Counted from the first letter of the stretch, positions 8,748-18,915 are shown. The stretch: 54,978 nt of DNA from Halothiobacillus neapolitanus (GCA_022730245.1 DZCK01000002.1:1-54978), one strand, 5' to 3'. Notes: a model not told the origin generated them from the sequence alone. Numbers and translations: made by a program.

Positions 8748-9359
8748 ATGACTCCCCCCCTAATTTTGCCTTTGTTTCCCTTACACACGGTGTTGTTTCC
8801 GGGCGGTTATTTGCCGCTGCGGATTTTTGAGACGCGCTATATCGACATGGTGCGGGCCTGTCTGCGAGAATCGCGCGCCTTTGGGGTCGTGCTCATCAAG
8901 CAAGGCGAGGAAGTTTGCGCTACCGAATCAGCGGCAGTGGCAACCGCGTTTTATCCTGTGGGCACTACCGCGCAGATTGTGGATACCGATTTAGCGCCCG
9001 ATGGCATGTTGCATATCGATACCCAAGGCATACAGCGGTTTCGCGTGGTGCGATCTTGGGTTGCGCGCGATGGCTTGGTGCAAGCTGAGGTGCAATTAAT
9101 ACCCGATGCCGTCGTGACTGAGCTTGCGACTGGCGTTGATCGCTTGCGTGATTTTTTGCGGCGAATTATGGCCGATGAGGCCAGCGATTCACTGGGGGCG
9201 CCCGTGATCGATCAGCCTTGGGATGACCCCGCTTGGGTGGTGTATCGCTTGATGGAACGCTTGCCCATAAAATTTGAAGATCGCCAACGGGTGCTGGGTG
9301 CCGAGCGGTTGGATTTCACGGTGCGACATTTGTCGTTGATGATTGCAGCCTTTGAATAA
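8748..9359 (+). CDS. LON peptidase substrate-binding (N-terminal) domain protein
   Basis: LPLFPLHTVLFPGGYLPLRIFETRYIDMV; no AAA or protease domain. Confidence 0.85.
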   Translation: MTPPLILPLFPLHTVLFPGGYLPLRIFETRYIDMVRACLRESRAFGVVLIKQGEEVCATESAAVATAFYPVGTTAQIVDTDLAPDGMLHIDTQGIQRFRVVRSWVARDGLVQAEVQLIPDAVVTELATGVDRLRDFLRRIMADEASDSLGAPVIDQPWDDPAWVVYRLMERLPIKFEDRQRVLGAERLDFTVRHLSLMIAAFE

Positions 9360-9427
9360 GGCCTGATACCCTATAACCCCCGCGTTGAATGGGTTTTTGA
9401 CGCTTTTTTGTATTTGGAGAGTCATCC

Positions 9428-9805
9428 ATGAGTATTCATGAAGCCACTTTTGCCACAATTGATAGCCTAATTACCGATAACGACATTCTGATTATCGATT
9501 TCTGGGCACCGTGGTGTGGGCCTTGCCGTTCCTTTGCGCCAATTTTTGAAGCCGCCGCAAAAGCGCATCCCGATGTCACGTTTGCTAAAGCCAACACAGA
9601 GGCCGATCAGCAATTGGGTGCCTATTTCCAAATCCGCTCAATTCCCACCTTGATGGTGTTTCGCGAAAAAATCTTGCTGTTTAATCAGGCCGGTGCGTTG
9701 CCGCGTCAAGCGCTGGACGAATTGATTGGCAAGGTCAAAGCACTGGATATGGCGCAGGTTCGGGCGGAAATCGCCCAATCTCAAACAGAAAATCAGCAGC
9801 AATAA
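9428..9805 (+). CDS. Thioredoxin
   Basis: DFWAPWCGPC active site; IRSIPTL. Confidence 0.92.
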   Translation: MSIHEATFATIDSLITDNDILIIDFWAPWCGPCRSFAPIFEAAAKAHPDVTFAKANTEADQQLGAYFQIRSIPTLMVFREKILLFNQAGALPRQALDELIGKVKALDMAQVRAEIAQSQTENQQQ

Positions 9806-9829
9806 CGTCAAGCTGACGCAAAAGGAGCC

Positions 9830-10750
9830 TTGGGCATGGTGAGTGTCATCGCGCAAATGGCACTCACCATTGGGGTGGGTGTGCTTTGGCGCTATGTTGA
9901 TTTGGGTGGGTGGTCTGCCGAGCGCGCGCGGGGTGCGCTTACCACCGCCGTGTATTACATTTTTTTGCCTGCCTTGGTGTTAGCCGTTTTGTGGCGTGCG
10001 CCGCTCGGGGTTGATAGCTTGAAAATCGCCTTGGCTGCCGCGACTGGCGTGCTCGTTTCGCTGGCGGCGATGGCCGCCGTGGGGCGGTTCATGCACTTAA
10101 CCCGAGGCCAATATGGTGCCCTGTTGTTGGCTGCAAGCTTTCCGAATGCAACCTATATGGGTCTGCCTTTAATGGTGAGTTTGTTTGGTGATGCGGGCGG
10201 CGCGATTGCCATTCAGTTTGATTTATTTGCTTGCACGCCTATTTTGCTGACGCTGGGTGTTTTTCTGGCATCAAAATATGGCACAAACCCAGAAACGCTT
10301 CATCCGTTGCACGCCTTGCTTAAGGTGCCCCCTTTGTGGGCCGCCGCTATTGGCACGTTGTTAAATTTAGCGGGTGTGCCGCAACCCGATTGGGCGGGGG
10401 CTTTTTTGAACCGCTTGGGTGAGGCCGTTGTGCCGATCATGTTGCTCGCCTTGGGGATGAGCCTGCGTTTGGGCACGCTCACACCCAAACATTTATTGAA
10501 AGTGAGCCCCGCGCTGGTGATTCAGTTGTTATTAATGCCCTTGGCCGCTTTGTTGATGGTGATGGCTTTGGGGCTGACGGGCGATACGCGGGTGGCGGTG
10601 GTTTTGATTGCGGCCACGCCCACGATGGTGATTGGTTTGGTGTTATGTGATCGCTTTGGGCTCGATACCGAAATGTATGCAACCACGGCGACAGCTTCCT
10701 TGCTGCTCGTTTTCATCACCTTGCCGCTCTGGCATCATTTTCTTGTTTGA
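9830..10750 (+). CDS. AEC (auxin efflux carrier) family transporter
   Basis: About 10 TM; YYIFLPAL, SFPNATYMGLP and PIMLLALG motifs. Start TTG 9830 or ATG 9836. Confidence 0.8.
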   Translation: MGMVSVIAQMALTIGVGVLWRYVDLGGWSAERARGALTTAVYYIFLPALVLAVLWRAPLGVDSLKIALAAATGVLVSLAAMAAVGRFMHLTRGQYGALLLAASFPNATYMGLPLMVSLFGDAGGAIAIQFDLFACTPILLTLGVFLASKYGTNPETLHPLHALLKVPPLWAAAIGTLLNLAGVPQPDWAGAFLNRLGEAVVPIMLLALGMSLRLGTLTPKHLLKVSPALVIQLLLMPLAALLMVMALGLTGDTRVAVVLIAATPTMVIGLVLCDRFGLDTEMYATTATASLLLVFITLPLWHHFLV

Positions 10751-10773
10751 AATTAACATTTATTGGGTGTGTT

Positions 10774-11328
10774 ATGCCAATTGAAAAAAATGTCGTGGTT
10801 CGTCTTGAATACGTCTTAACCGATGATGATGGGGCGGTTATTGATACCACCGAAGGGCGCGGTTTTGAATACATTCACGGCCACGGTAATTTACTGGCGC
10901 CGCTTGAGGCGCATCTTGATGGCCTTTGCGAAGGGGCGGACTTTGAGCTCAGCATCGAGCCTGAAGCGGCCTATGGTCTGCACGATGACAGCGCGGTTAT
11001 TACCGTGCCGCGCGCCCGTTTCGCCCCAGAAGTGGCGCTCGTTGAAGGCAATATGGTTGAAACTTTGGGGCCCGAAGGCCGCATTGAGCTCATGATTCTC
11101 GCGGTAGAGGGGGATGAGGTGACCGTTGATTTGAACCACCCGCTGGCCGGTTTGCGCTTGCATTTTTCCGGCACCGTGGGCGTGCTGCGTGCCGCCCATG
11201 CCGATGAAATCAAGCATGGCCGAGTGCACCCCGGTGGGCATCATTTAATGGTGGGGGATTCAACCTACACGGGCGATTGCCCGCCCGCGTCTGAGGGCGA
11301 CGATCACTTGGGTGTGGTCGAACGGTGA
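10774..11328 (+). CDS. slyD: FKBP-type peptidyl-prolyl isomerase, SlyD-like
   Basis: EYIHGHGNL, PEAAYG, VDLNHPLAG, EIKHGRVH; short His-containing tail. Confidence 0.85.
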   Translation: MPIEKNVVVRLEYVLTDDDGAVIDTTEGRGFEYIHGHGNLLAPLEAHLDGLCEGADFELSIEPEAAYGLHDDSAVITVPRARFAPEVALVEGNMVETLGPEGRIELMILAVEGDEVTVDLNHPLAGLRLHFSGTVGVLRAAHADEIKHGRVHPGGHHLMVGDSTYTGDCPPASEGDDHLGVVER

Positions 11329-13112
11329 GCCTTATCGAGCCGCACTTTTACTTGGATTTCGCCCAAGTCAATTCGCGCTATATTAGCGTGCGCCTTGATT
11401 TACCCGCGTGCGCGCTGGGCTACACGCTGAGCCTGCCTGCTTGGATTCCGGGCAGCTATCTGGTTCGTGATTTTGCTAAAAACTTGGTTGGCATGACGGC
11501 AACCTTAGCCTGCGGTAGTGCCGTGCCGCTGGTGCCGCAAGATCAAACCACGTGGCAGTTGGCGGCCTGCGCTCAACCCGTATCGATACAATATCTCGTG
11601 TACTGTGCGGATTTTTCTGTGCGCGCGGCGCATGCCGATTCTCGCCATGCGTTTTTCAATGGCACCAGCGTGTTTCTCCGAGTGCATGGCGCCGAGGGCA
11701 ATCCCCATCATCTGGAATTATCAAAAGCCCATGCGCCCGCTGCCTGGCGGGTGGCCACCGCAATGCCCGCCAATACCGTGGATGCCCGTGGGTTTGGCGG
11801 CTATGCCGCGCCGGATTACGAGACGCTGATTGATTTCCCCTTTGAGTTGGGAACGTTTGAGCGCTTGCATTGGATAAGCGCGGGCACGCCGCATCGGATG
11901 GCGCTTTCTAACCCGCATCCGCGCACCGATTTCGCCCGCATTGCCGATGATGTGGCAAAAATTTGCGCCACCGAGATTCGTTTTTTTGGTGCGGCACCGT
12001 TCGAGAGTTACCTTTTTCTGGTCGCCCTCGATGGAGCCGGGTTTGGCGGGCTGGAACATCGAAATTCCACCGCCTTGATTTTTCCGCGCACCGATTTGCC
12101 CTTGCTGGGCGAGACCGGCGTATCACCTGCGTACCAACGCTTTTTAAGCCTGTGCGCGCACGAATATTTTCATGCATGGCATGTTAAACGCATTCGCCCG
12201 CAAGCCTTTACGCAGCTGCCATTAGCGCGCCCCGCCCATACCCGCTTGTTGTGGTTGTTTGAGGGGTTTACCAGTTATTTTGATGATTGGCTGGTGCGCC
12301 GCGCCGGATTAATCAATGAAGCCGCCTACTTAGATGCCTTAACGCAAACCATCAATCGGGCGGTTCGCGGCAAGGGTTGGGGGCGGCAAACCCTAGAAGA
12401 ATCGAGCTTTTATGCCTGGACGCGGTTTTATCAGCAAGATGAAAATGCCGTCAACGCCATCGTAAGCTACTACACCCGTGGCGCTTTAGTCGCATTAATG
12501 CTGGATTTGCAACTTCGCCAAAAAGGCCACAGTTTGGCCGAAGTGATGCGCCAGCTCTGGTGCGATTTTGGCGACCGCCCGTTGCCGGAAGGCGATGTGA
12601 TTGAGCGTTATATCGCGGGGCTGGCATCAAAGGCCGATGGTGATTCCGCGTTGGGTGCCTTTTTTGAGCGTGCCTTGCGCAGTGTCGAGCCCTTGGATTT
12701 TTGTGCTTTGCTGGCTGATTTTGGTGTGACGGCCGAGCCGGTCACGGAACCCGCCTTTGCCGTGCATGATTTTGGCGCAGTGGTCGGTGGCGATGACCCC
12801 CGCATGGCCAAAGTGCAGATTGTGTTTGAAGATCGCCCTGCGGCGCAGGCAGGTTTAGCGGTGGGTGATGAACTGATCGCGCTGGATGGCTGGGCTATTG
12901 GTGCGCGCAACTGGCGCGAGCAACTCGCCCGCTACCCGGTGGGCGATCAGCTTACCCTGCACGGATTTCGCCAAGGGCAGCTCATGCACTGGTCGGTGGT
13001 GCTGGCTTTGCCGGTGTGTAATCAATGGCAACTGCGTGAAACCTCGCCCGTTAAAGCGGATGCCCATGCCCGCCGCCTTGCTTGGCTGGCCGTTGATGCA
13101 CGCCTCGATTGA
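11325..13112 (+). CDS. M61 family glycyl aminopeptidase with PDZ domain
   Basis: PAWIPGSY, GGLEH, HEYFHAW, WLFEGFTSY, SYYTRG and C-terminal PDZ (PAAQAGLAVGDELIA). Confidence 0.9.
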   Translation: MSLIEPHFYLDFAQVNSRYISVRLDLPACALGYTLSLPAWIPGSYLVRDFAKNLVGMTATLACGSAVPLVPQDQTTWQLAACAQPVSIQYLVYCADFSVRAAHADSRHAFFNGTSVFLRVHGAEGNPHHLELSKAHAPAAWRVATAMPANTVDARGFGGYAAPDYETLIDFPFELGTFERLHWISAGTPHRMALSNPHPRTDFARIADDVAKICATEIRFFGAAPFESYLFLVALDGAGFGGLEHRNSTALIFPRTDLPLLGETGVSPAYQRFLSLCAHEYFHAWHVKRIRPQAFTQLPLARPAHTRLLWLFEGFTSYFDDWLVRRAGLINEAAYLDALTQTINRAVRGKGWGRQTLEESSFYAWTRFYQQDENAVNAIVSYYTRGALVALMLDLQLRQKGHSLAEVMRQLWCDFGDRPLPEGDVIERYIAGLASKADGDSALGAFFERALRSVEPLDFCALLADFGVTAEPVTEPAFAVHDFGAVVGGDDPRMAKVQIVFEDRPAAQAGLAVGDELIALDGWAIGARNWREQLARYPVGDQLTLHGFRQGQLMHWSVVLALPVCNQWQLRETSPVKADAHARRLAWLAVDARLD

Positions 13113-13948
13113 GCACCGTGTCCGGCATCGATAGCAACCGGTGTGATACCGAATTGAGCGAGCAACTGGCCGCTTTGTGCCTTGAAGCCGGTGGCGTGTC
13201 GATTGTGCTCGATCAAGTCGATTCCACTAGCGAATACTTGCGTGCGCATTGGCCCGCGCAGGCCAATAACGGTGCGGCTTGGTCGGTGTGTATCGCCAAA
13301 GCGCAAACCGCCGGGCGGGGTCGTCATGGTCATGCGTGGCATAGCGCGGCGGGCGCTGGGTTATGGTTTTCGCTTGCGATACCTGTGGCACCGTCCCGCA
13401 TCGCGCTTCAAGATCAGCCGCCCTTGAGCTTGGTGTTGGCCGTTGCGCTTATCCAATGCCTGCGCGGTTTTGGGTTCAGGGTGGCACTTAAATGGCCAAA
13501 TGATCTCTGGCTTGGGGATAAAAAAGTCGGCGGGCTCCTGATCGAGCAGCTGGGCCGGGCTGATGCGCGTTATTGGTTGGTGGGTGTGGGGCTTAATTGG
13601 CAAACGCCGCAAGCGGCTCTTGTCGATAAAACCGGTGCCAAGGCTACTGCGACCGGCTTGCTGGCGGGTGTGGATACAAAAGGCTGCTTGCGTGAGCGGC
13701 TTTCCTTCGCGCTCATTGCGGCCACGGTGCGCTGTATTCAATCGCCTGAGACTTGGCCGACTAAAATGAGCGAAATTAATTCAATGCACGCGTTATCCGG
13801 TCGGCAAATCCAAGTTTGGGATTCAGCGCATTCGCATAAACAGGGCACGGCCTGCGACATTCTGCCCAATGGAACCCTAATGCTTGTCACCGATGAGGGC
13901 AGCGTTCATCCCATTACAGGTGCGTTTAGTGTGAGATTACCCGTTTGA
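13109..13948 (+). CDS. birA: Biotin-protein ligase lacking an N-terminal HTH
   Basis: VDST, QTAGRGR..W, KWPND, KVGGLLIE, GVGLN; start uncertain (TTG overlapping the M61 stop). Confidence 0.88.
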   Translation: MSTVSGIDSNRCDTELSEQLAALCLEAGGVSIVLDQVDSTSEYLRAHWPAQANNGAAWSVCIAKAQTAGRGRHGHAWHSAAGAGLWFSLAIPVAPSRIALQDQPPLSLVLAVALIQCLRGFGFRVALKWPNDLWLGDKKVGGLLIEQLGRADARYWLVGVGLNWQTPQAALVDKTGAKATATGLLAGVDTKGCLRERLSFALIAATVRCIQSPETWPTKMSEINSMHALSGRQIQVWDSAHSHKQGTACDILPNGTLMLVTDEGSVHPITGAFSVRLPV

Positions 13949-14817
13949 AGTGTTATATCGACGCGGGCAACACCCGCATAAAATGGCAATTGGGCGTAAA
14001 AGCACAAACGCAACAGCAACCTTGGCCGCAAACAGACGCAATGCTCGCCGCGTGGGCAGATAGTCTCAGTTCGGGGCGAGCCTGCGCTATCCAGCGGATT
14101 ATCATCGCGAGTGTGGTGCCGCAAGACCGGCAAGCGCAATTGGCCCAAGCGTTAACAGTACGGTACCCCGATGTACCGGTGTTGTGGCTTGTTAGCCGCG
14201 CGCGCTGCTGCGGGGTGCGGCTTGGTTATCTCGATGTGTCGCAATTTGGCGTGGATCGATATTGCGCGCTCATAGCCGCTCGGCATCGATTCCCGCAGCA
14301 AGCCCTGATTGCGATCAACGCGGGCACCGCTGTGACAGTCGATTACCTGCAAGCCGACGGGCGACATGAAGGGGGCGTTATTATGCCGTCTGTGGCCGCC
14401 ATGACCGCCGGTCTAAATGCACTGGCACCGCATCTGGCGCCTTTTTGGCATCAAAAGCCCCAAATGGCTACGGTGGGGCATAGCACCGAGATTGGGCTTG
14501 CCACCAATACAGCCGGAGCCCTGCAACTCGGTTCGCGCTGGATGCTGGCAAGCGCGTTGGCGCAAATTATCTCAGCATTAAATGAGGCCGCGTGGTCCGC
14601 CTCCGCGCAAGGGTGTGCGCCGCTCATTGTGGTGAGCGGCGGCGGCGCGAGCGAATTGCTGCCATTGCTTGATCCAGCGGCCATCAGCGTGCCCGATTTA
14701 GTGCTCGAAGGTATTCGACTCGCCGCACGGCAATCACAGCCTTCCGGATTAAGTCAAACGGCGAAAAAAACAGGGAAAGCAACAAAAGAGTTGCCAAGCA
14801 AAGATAACTCGGATTAG
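13945..14817 (+). CDS. coaX: Type III pantothenate kinase
   Basis: IDAGNTRIKW, FGVDR, AGTAVTVD, HEGGVIMP, SGGG, DLVLEG; canonical birA-coaX-tRNA-tuf context. Confidence 0.9.
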   Translation: MKCYIDAGNTRIKWQLGVKAQTQQQPWPQTDAMLAAWADSLSSGRACAIQRIIIASVVPQDRQAQLAQALTVRYPDVPVLWLVSRARCCGVRLGYLDVSQFGVDRYCALIAARHRFPQQALIAINAGTAVTVDYLQADGRHEGGVIMPSVAAMTAGLNALAPHLAPFWHQKPQMATVGHSTEIGLATNTAGALQLGSRWMLASALAQIISALNEAAWSASAQGCAPLIVVSGGGASELLPLLDPAAISVPDLVLEGIRLAARQSQPSGLSQTAKKTGKATKELPSKDNSD

Positions 14818-14828
14818 AATGCGCGCCC
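14791..14828 (+). promoter_or_regulatory. Sigma70 promoter of the tRNA-tuf operon with GC-rich discriminator
   Basis: TTGCCA-N18-TAGAAT-gcgcgccc; A-rich tract upstream; 11 bp before the tRNA-Thr. Confidence 0.7.
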
Positions 14829-14831
14829 ATT

Positions 14832-14907
14832 GCCGCTTTAGCTCAGTTGGTAGAGCAACCGCCTTGTAAGCGGTAGGTCGTCAGTTCGAATCCGACAAGC
14901 GGCACCA
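14832..14907 (+). tRNA. tRNA-Thr(TGT)
   Basis: 76-nt cloverleaf, anticodon loop CTTGTAA, GTTCGAA, CCA end. Confidence 0.97.
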
Positions 14908-14998
14908 AATTAAGCCTAAAACGCAGGGCTTAAGAACACGATGGGTCGATGTGCAAAATTAATTGAATTAATTTTTACACATGCATAAGCGTTATCTC

Positions 14999-15083
14999 GG
15001 TGGGGTACCCAAGCGGTCAACGGGAGCAGACTGTAAATCTGCCGGCTCAGCCTTCGAAGGTTCGAATCCTTCCCCCACCACCA
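14999..15083 (+). tRNA. tRNA-Tyr(GTA)
   Basis: 85 nt with long variable arm, loop CTGTAAA, CCA end. Confidence 0.97.
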
Positions 15084-15121
15084 ATTTCGCCACTTTGTTT
15101 GTAACAGGGTGGCAAAAATTT

Positions 15122-15195
<74 letters not shown>

Positions 15196-15220
15196 AATGA
15201 TAAAAGTTTGGAACTTATTT

Positions 15221-15296
15221 GCTCATGTAGCTCAGCTGGTAGAGCACGTCCTTGGTAAGGACGAGGTCAGCGGTTCGATTCCGCTCATGAGCTCCA
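15221..15296 (+). tRNA. tRNA-Thr(GGT)
   Basis: 76 nt, loop CTGGTAA/TTGGTAA region with GGT anticodon, CCA end. Confidence 0.97.
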
Positions 15297-15353
15297 AATG
15301 CGTGATGCCAGTAGAGATTGGTTTAACTTAACGGACGTTGGTGGAGTGAAGTC

Positions 15354-16544
15354 ATGGCAAAAGAGAAATTTGAACGGAACAAACCGCATATTAACGTAGG
15401 CACCATTGGCCACGTTGATCACGGCAAAACCACATTGACCGCGGCGATCACCAAAGTCATGGCCGAGTTGCACGGTGGTGCATCCTTAGCCTATGACCAA
15501 ATTGACAAAGCGCCCGAAGAAAAAGCGCGCGGCATCACCATCAACACCTCGCATGTTGAATACGAATCCGACAACCGTCACTACGCCCACGTTGACTGCC
15601 CCGGTCACGCTGACTATGTCAAAAACATGATCACCGGTGCCGCCCAAATGGACGGCGCAATCTTAGTTTGTTCAGCCGCAGACGGCCCCATGCCGCAAAC
15701 CCGCGAGCACATTCTATTGTCTCGTCAGGTTGGCGTACCCTACATGGTCGTCTTCCTGAACAAAGCCGACATGGTCGATGATGCCGAACTGCTTGAGTTG
15801 GTGGAAATGGAAGTTCGCGACCTGCTCACCCAATACGAATTCCCCGGCGATGACACTCCCATCACCATAGGCTCCGCCCTCAAAGCACTCGAAGGCGACC
15901 AATCAGACATCGGCGTGCCAGCCGTTATTCGACTCGTTAAATCCATGGACGAATACTTCCCTGAGCCCGAGCGCGCCGTTGATGGCACCTTCCTCATGCC
16001 CGTAGAAGACGTCTTCTCAATCTCCGGTCGCGGCACCGTCGTTACCGGTCGTATTGAGCGCGGCATCATCAAAGTGGGCGAAGAAATTGAAATCGTCGGC
16101 ATCCGCGACACCGTCAAAACCACCGTGACCGGTGTAGAAATGTTCCGCAAACTGCTCGACCAAGGCATGGCAGGCGACAACGTCGGCATCCTTCTTCGTG
16201 GCACCAAGCGTGACGACGTTGAGCGCGGTCAAGTGCTGTGCAAGCCCGGCAGCATCAAGCCCCACACCAAATTCGAAGCCGAAGTGTACGTCCTGTCCAA
16301 AGAAGAAGGTGGTCGTCATACCCCGTTCTTCAACGGCTACCGTCCCCAGTTCTACTTCCGAACCACCGATGTCACCGGCTCATGCGTATTGCCAGAAGGC
16401 ACAGAAATGGTCATGCCTGGTGACAACGTCGCCATGACCGTTAGCCTGATTGCGCCGATTGCGATGGAAGATGGGTTGCGTTTTGCGATTCGCGAAGGTG
16501 GTCGTACCGTTGGCGCGGGTGTCGTTTCAAAGATTGTTGAATAA
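15354..16544 (+). CDS. tuf: Elongation factor Tu (tufB-position copy)
   Basis: [17 protein letters not shown]; 396 aa. Confidence 0.99.
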   Translation: MAKEKFERNKPHINVGTIGHVDHGKTTLTAAITKVMAELHGGASLAYDQIDKAPEEKARGITINTSHVEYESDNRHYAHVDCPGHADYVKNMITGAAQMDGAILVCSAADGPMPQTREHILLSRQVGVPYMVVFLNKADMVDDAELLELVEMEVRDLLTQYEFPGDDTPITIGSALKALEGDQSDIGVPAVIRLVKSMDEYFPEPERAVDGTFLMPVEDVFSISGRGTVVTGRIERGIIKVGEEIEIVGIRDTVKTTVTGVEMFRKLLDQGMAGDNVGILLRGTKRDDVERGQVLCKPGSIKPHTKFEAEVYVLSKEEGGRHTPFFNGYRPQFYFRTTDVTGSCVLPEGTEMVMPGDNVAMTVSLIAPIAMEDGLRFAIREGGRTVGAGVVSKIVE

Positions 16545-16563
16545 CCCAACTGGGTTGTGATAA

Positions 16564-16597
16564 AGCGCGAAGTCGTGTAGACTTCGCGCTCTTTTTT
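16564..16597 (+). terminator. Intrinsic terminator after tuf
   Basis: agcgcgaagtc-gtgta-gacttcgcgct-ctttttt. Confidence 0.8.
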
Positions 16598-16622
16598 CAT
16601 CTGTGAAAAAAGTAAGTATTAA

Positions 16623-16698
16623 AGGTCAGTAGCTCAATTGGTAGAGCGACGGTCTCCAAAACCGTAGGTTGGGGGTTCGATTCCCTCCTGGCCTGCCA
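16623..16698 (+). tRNA. tRNA-Trp(CCA)
   Basis: 76 nt, loop CTCCAAA, CCA end; typical tuf-trnW-secE position. Confidence 0.97.
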
Positions 16699-16792
16699 TT
16701 TATGTCGTCATGGTGCAGCGTTTTTAAGAGCAGTAACGAACGAATGGATTTACGCAATTCATGAAATTTCGTTGAATTATGTGAGCCAAATA

Positions 16793-17167
16793 ATGTCGGA
16801 AAAAACAATAGAGCCAGCCAGATCGTCCGCGCTGGAATCTGCCAAAATTGGGCTTGCAATCATTCTGCTGGTTGCCGGTGTGGTCGCTTTTTATATGTTG
16901 GCAAAACAGCCCTTGTTTGTGCGAATCGGTGCTTTATTGGTGCCAGTCCTCGCTGCGTTTGGGATTGTATATATGACCGCTGTGGGCCGGAGTATTTGGC
17001 AGTTCGCCTTTGATTCTCGAGTCGAAGTGCGGAAAATGGTGTGGCCAACACGGCAAGAAACAACTCAGACAACCTTGGTTGTTGTTCTGCTGATTGTGGT
17101 CATCAGTCTGTTTTTGTGGGGTGTTGATTCGCTCCTCGCTTGGATTGTTCGCGGTATTGCGGGCTGA
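16793..17167 (+). CDS. secE: Preprotein translocase subunit SecE
   Basis: [13 protein letters not shown] motif; 3 TM. Confidence 0.95.
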   Translation: MSEKTIEPARSSALESAKIGLAIILLVAGVVAFYMLAKQPLFVRIGALLVPVLAAFGIVYMTAVGRSIWQFAFDSRVEVRKMVWPTRQETTQTTLVVVLLIVVISLFLWGVDSLLAWIVRGIAG

Positions 17168-17177
17168 GGAAAGACGG

Positions 17178-17711
17178 ATGGCGATGCGTTGGTATGTGGT
17201 GCAGGCGTTTTCTCAATTTGAGAACAGTGTGAAAAAAGCACTTGAAGAGCGCATTGAGCGCGAGAATCTTCAGTCCTTATTTGGCGAGATTTTGGTTCCG
17301 TCTGAAGAAGTCGTTGAAATGCGCGATGGTGTCAAGCGTAAATCTGAACGTAAATTTTACCCCGGCTATGTCTTGGTGCAAATTGATATGACCGATGAGG
17401 CTTGGCACCTTGTGAACTCAGTGCCTCGTGTGCTGGGTTTTGTCGGTGATTCCGGTGGTAAGCCGACCCCTATCAGCAGTCGCGAAGCCGACGCAATTAT
17501 GGCTCGTGTTAAAGATGCGACCGACAAGCCCAAGCCAAAAACTCTATTTGATGTGGGTGAGCTTGTGCGTGTATGCGACGGTCCATTCAATGACTTTACC
17601 GGCGTTGTTGAAGAAGTTAACTATGAAAAGTCTCGGCTGCATGTGGCGGTGAGTATTTTTGGTCGCTCAACCCCTGTTGAGCTCAGTTTTGATCAGGTCG
17701 CTAAAACTTAA
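17178..17711 (+). CDS. nusG: Transcription factor NusG
   Basis: [33 protein letters not shown]; RBS gagga before ATG 17178. Confidence 0.97.
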   Translation: MAMRWYVVQAFSQFENSVKKALEERIERENLQSLFGEILVPSEEVVEMRDGVKRKSERKFYPGYVLVQIDMTDEAWHLVNSVPRVLGFVGDSGGKPTPISSREADAIMARVKDATDKPKPKTLFDVGELVRVCDGPFNDFTGVVEEVNYEKSRLHVAVSIFGRSTPVELSFDQVAKT

Positions 17712-17737
17712 GTGTTTGGTGGTTTGTTTTTTTGAAT

Positions 17738-17774
17738 GGGGAGCTGGCTGACGTGTTCACCAGCGATTGAACCC
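17738..17774 (+). promoter_or_regulatory. L1-binding leader of rplKA
   Basis: ggggag-ctgg..ccagcgattga-accc immediately before the rplK RBS; same architecture as the enterobacterial L11-operon L1 site. Confidence 0.65.
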
Positions 17775-17788
17775 AGTAAGAGGGCATT

Positions 17789-18220
17789 ATGGCTAAGAAA
17801 GTAACAGGTTATATCAAGCTGCAGGTTAAGGCCGGTCAAGCGAATCCATCGCCACCGATTGGCCCTGCGTTAGGTCAAAAAGGCGTCAATATTATGGCGT
17901 TCTGCAAAGAATTCAATGCCGCCACGCAAGGCATTGAGCTCGGCACGCCAACCCCCGTTGTGATTACGGTTTATGCGGATAAATCATTCACGTACATCAT
18001 GAAAACACCCCCAGTGAGTTTTTTGCTCAAAAAAACTGCGGGTATTAAAGCGGGTAGCGCAATTCCCAATAAAACTAAAGTGGGTTCGTTAACCCGTGCC
18101 CAGCTTGAAGACATTGCAAAAATCAAACAGCCGGATTTAACGGCCAAAGATATGGAAGCGATGGTGCGAACCATTGCAGGTAGTGCCCGGAGCATGGGCT
18201 TGACTGTGGAGGGTGTGTAA
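17789..18220 (+). CDS. rplK: 50S ribosomal protein L11
   Basis: [12 protein letters not shown] motif. Confidence 0.98.
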   Translation: MAKKVTGYIKLQVKAGQANPSPPIGPALGQKGVNIMAFCKEFNAATQGIELGTPTPVVITVYADKSFTYIMKTPPVSFLLKKTAGIKAGSAIPNKTKVGSLTRAQLEDIAKIKQPDLTAKDMEAMVRTIAGSARSMGLTVEGV

Positions 18221-18915
18221 TGGCTCAGTTATCAAAACGTCAAAAGGCGATTGCGGCCAAAGTGAAGCCTAACTTCGCCTATCCTGCCGCAGAGGCATTT
18301 ACCTTACTGAAAGAAGTTTCTAGCGTTAAATTCAATGAAGCGGTGGATGTGGCCGTGCACTTGGGTGTCGATCCCCGTCGCTCAGATCAAATGGTTCGTG
18401 GTGCGACGGTTCTGCCTAATGGCACCGGTAAATCGGTTCGTGTTGCGGTTTTTGCGCAAGGCGCAAATGCCGAAGCAGCCAAAGCGGCGGGTGCTGAAGT
18501 GGTCGGTTTTGAAGATTTGGCCGCTGAAATCAAGCAAGGCCGCATGGATTTTGATGTGGTAATTGCCTCGCCTGACGCGATGCGCGTTGTGGGTCAATTG
18601 GGTCAAGTATTGGGGCCGCGTGGTTTAATGCCAAATCCTAAAGTTGGCACCGTTGCGGTCGATGTGGCCGGTGCTGTGCGTAATGCTAAAGCGGGCCAAG
18701 TACGCTATCGCACTGAAAAAGGTGGGATTATCCATTGCACAATCGGCAAGGTGGATTTCACCCCTGAGGCTCTAATTGGTAATTTGAATGCGCTACTGGC
18801 GGATTTGAATAAAGCCAAACCCGCTGCCTCCAAAGGCATCTTTATGAAGCGCGTGAGTGTTTCCAGCACCATGGGTCCTGGACTTATGGTTGATTTGAGT
18901 TCACTTGTTGCGTAA
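18220..18915 (+). CDS. rplA: 50S ribosomal protein L1
   Basis: [14 protein letters not shown]; SSTMGPG. Confidence 0.98.
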   Translation: MAQLSKRQKAIAAKVKPNFAYPAAEAFTLLKEVSSVKFNEAVDVAVHLGVDPRRSDQMVRGATVLPNGTGKSVRVAVFAQGANAEAAKAAGAEVVGFEDLAAEIKQGRMDFDVVIASPDAMRVVGQLGQVLGPRGLMPNPKVGTVAVDVAGAVRNAKAGQVRYRTEKGGIIHCTIGKVDFTPEALIGNLNALLADLNKAKPAASKGIFMKRVSVSSTMGPGLMVDLSSLVA

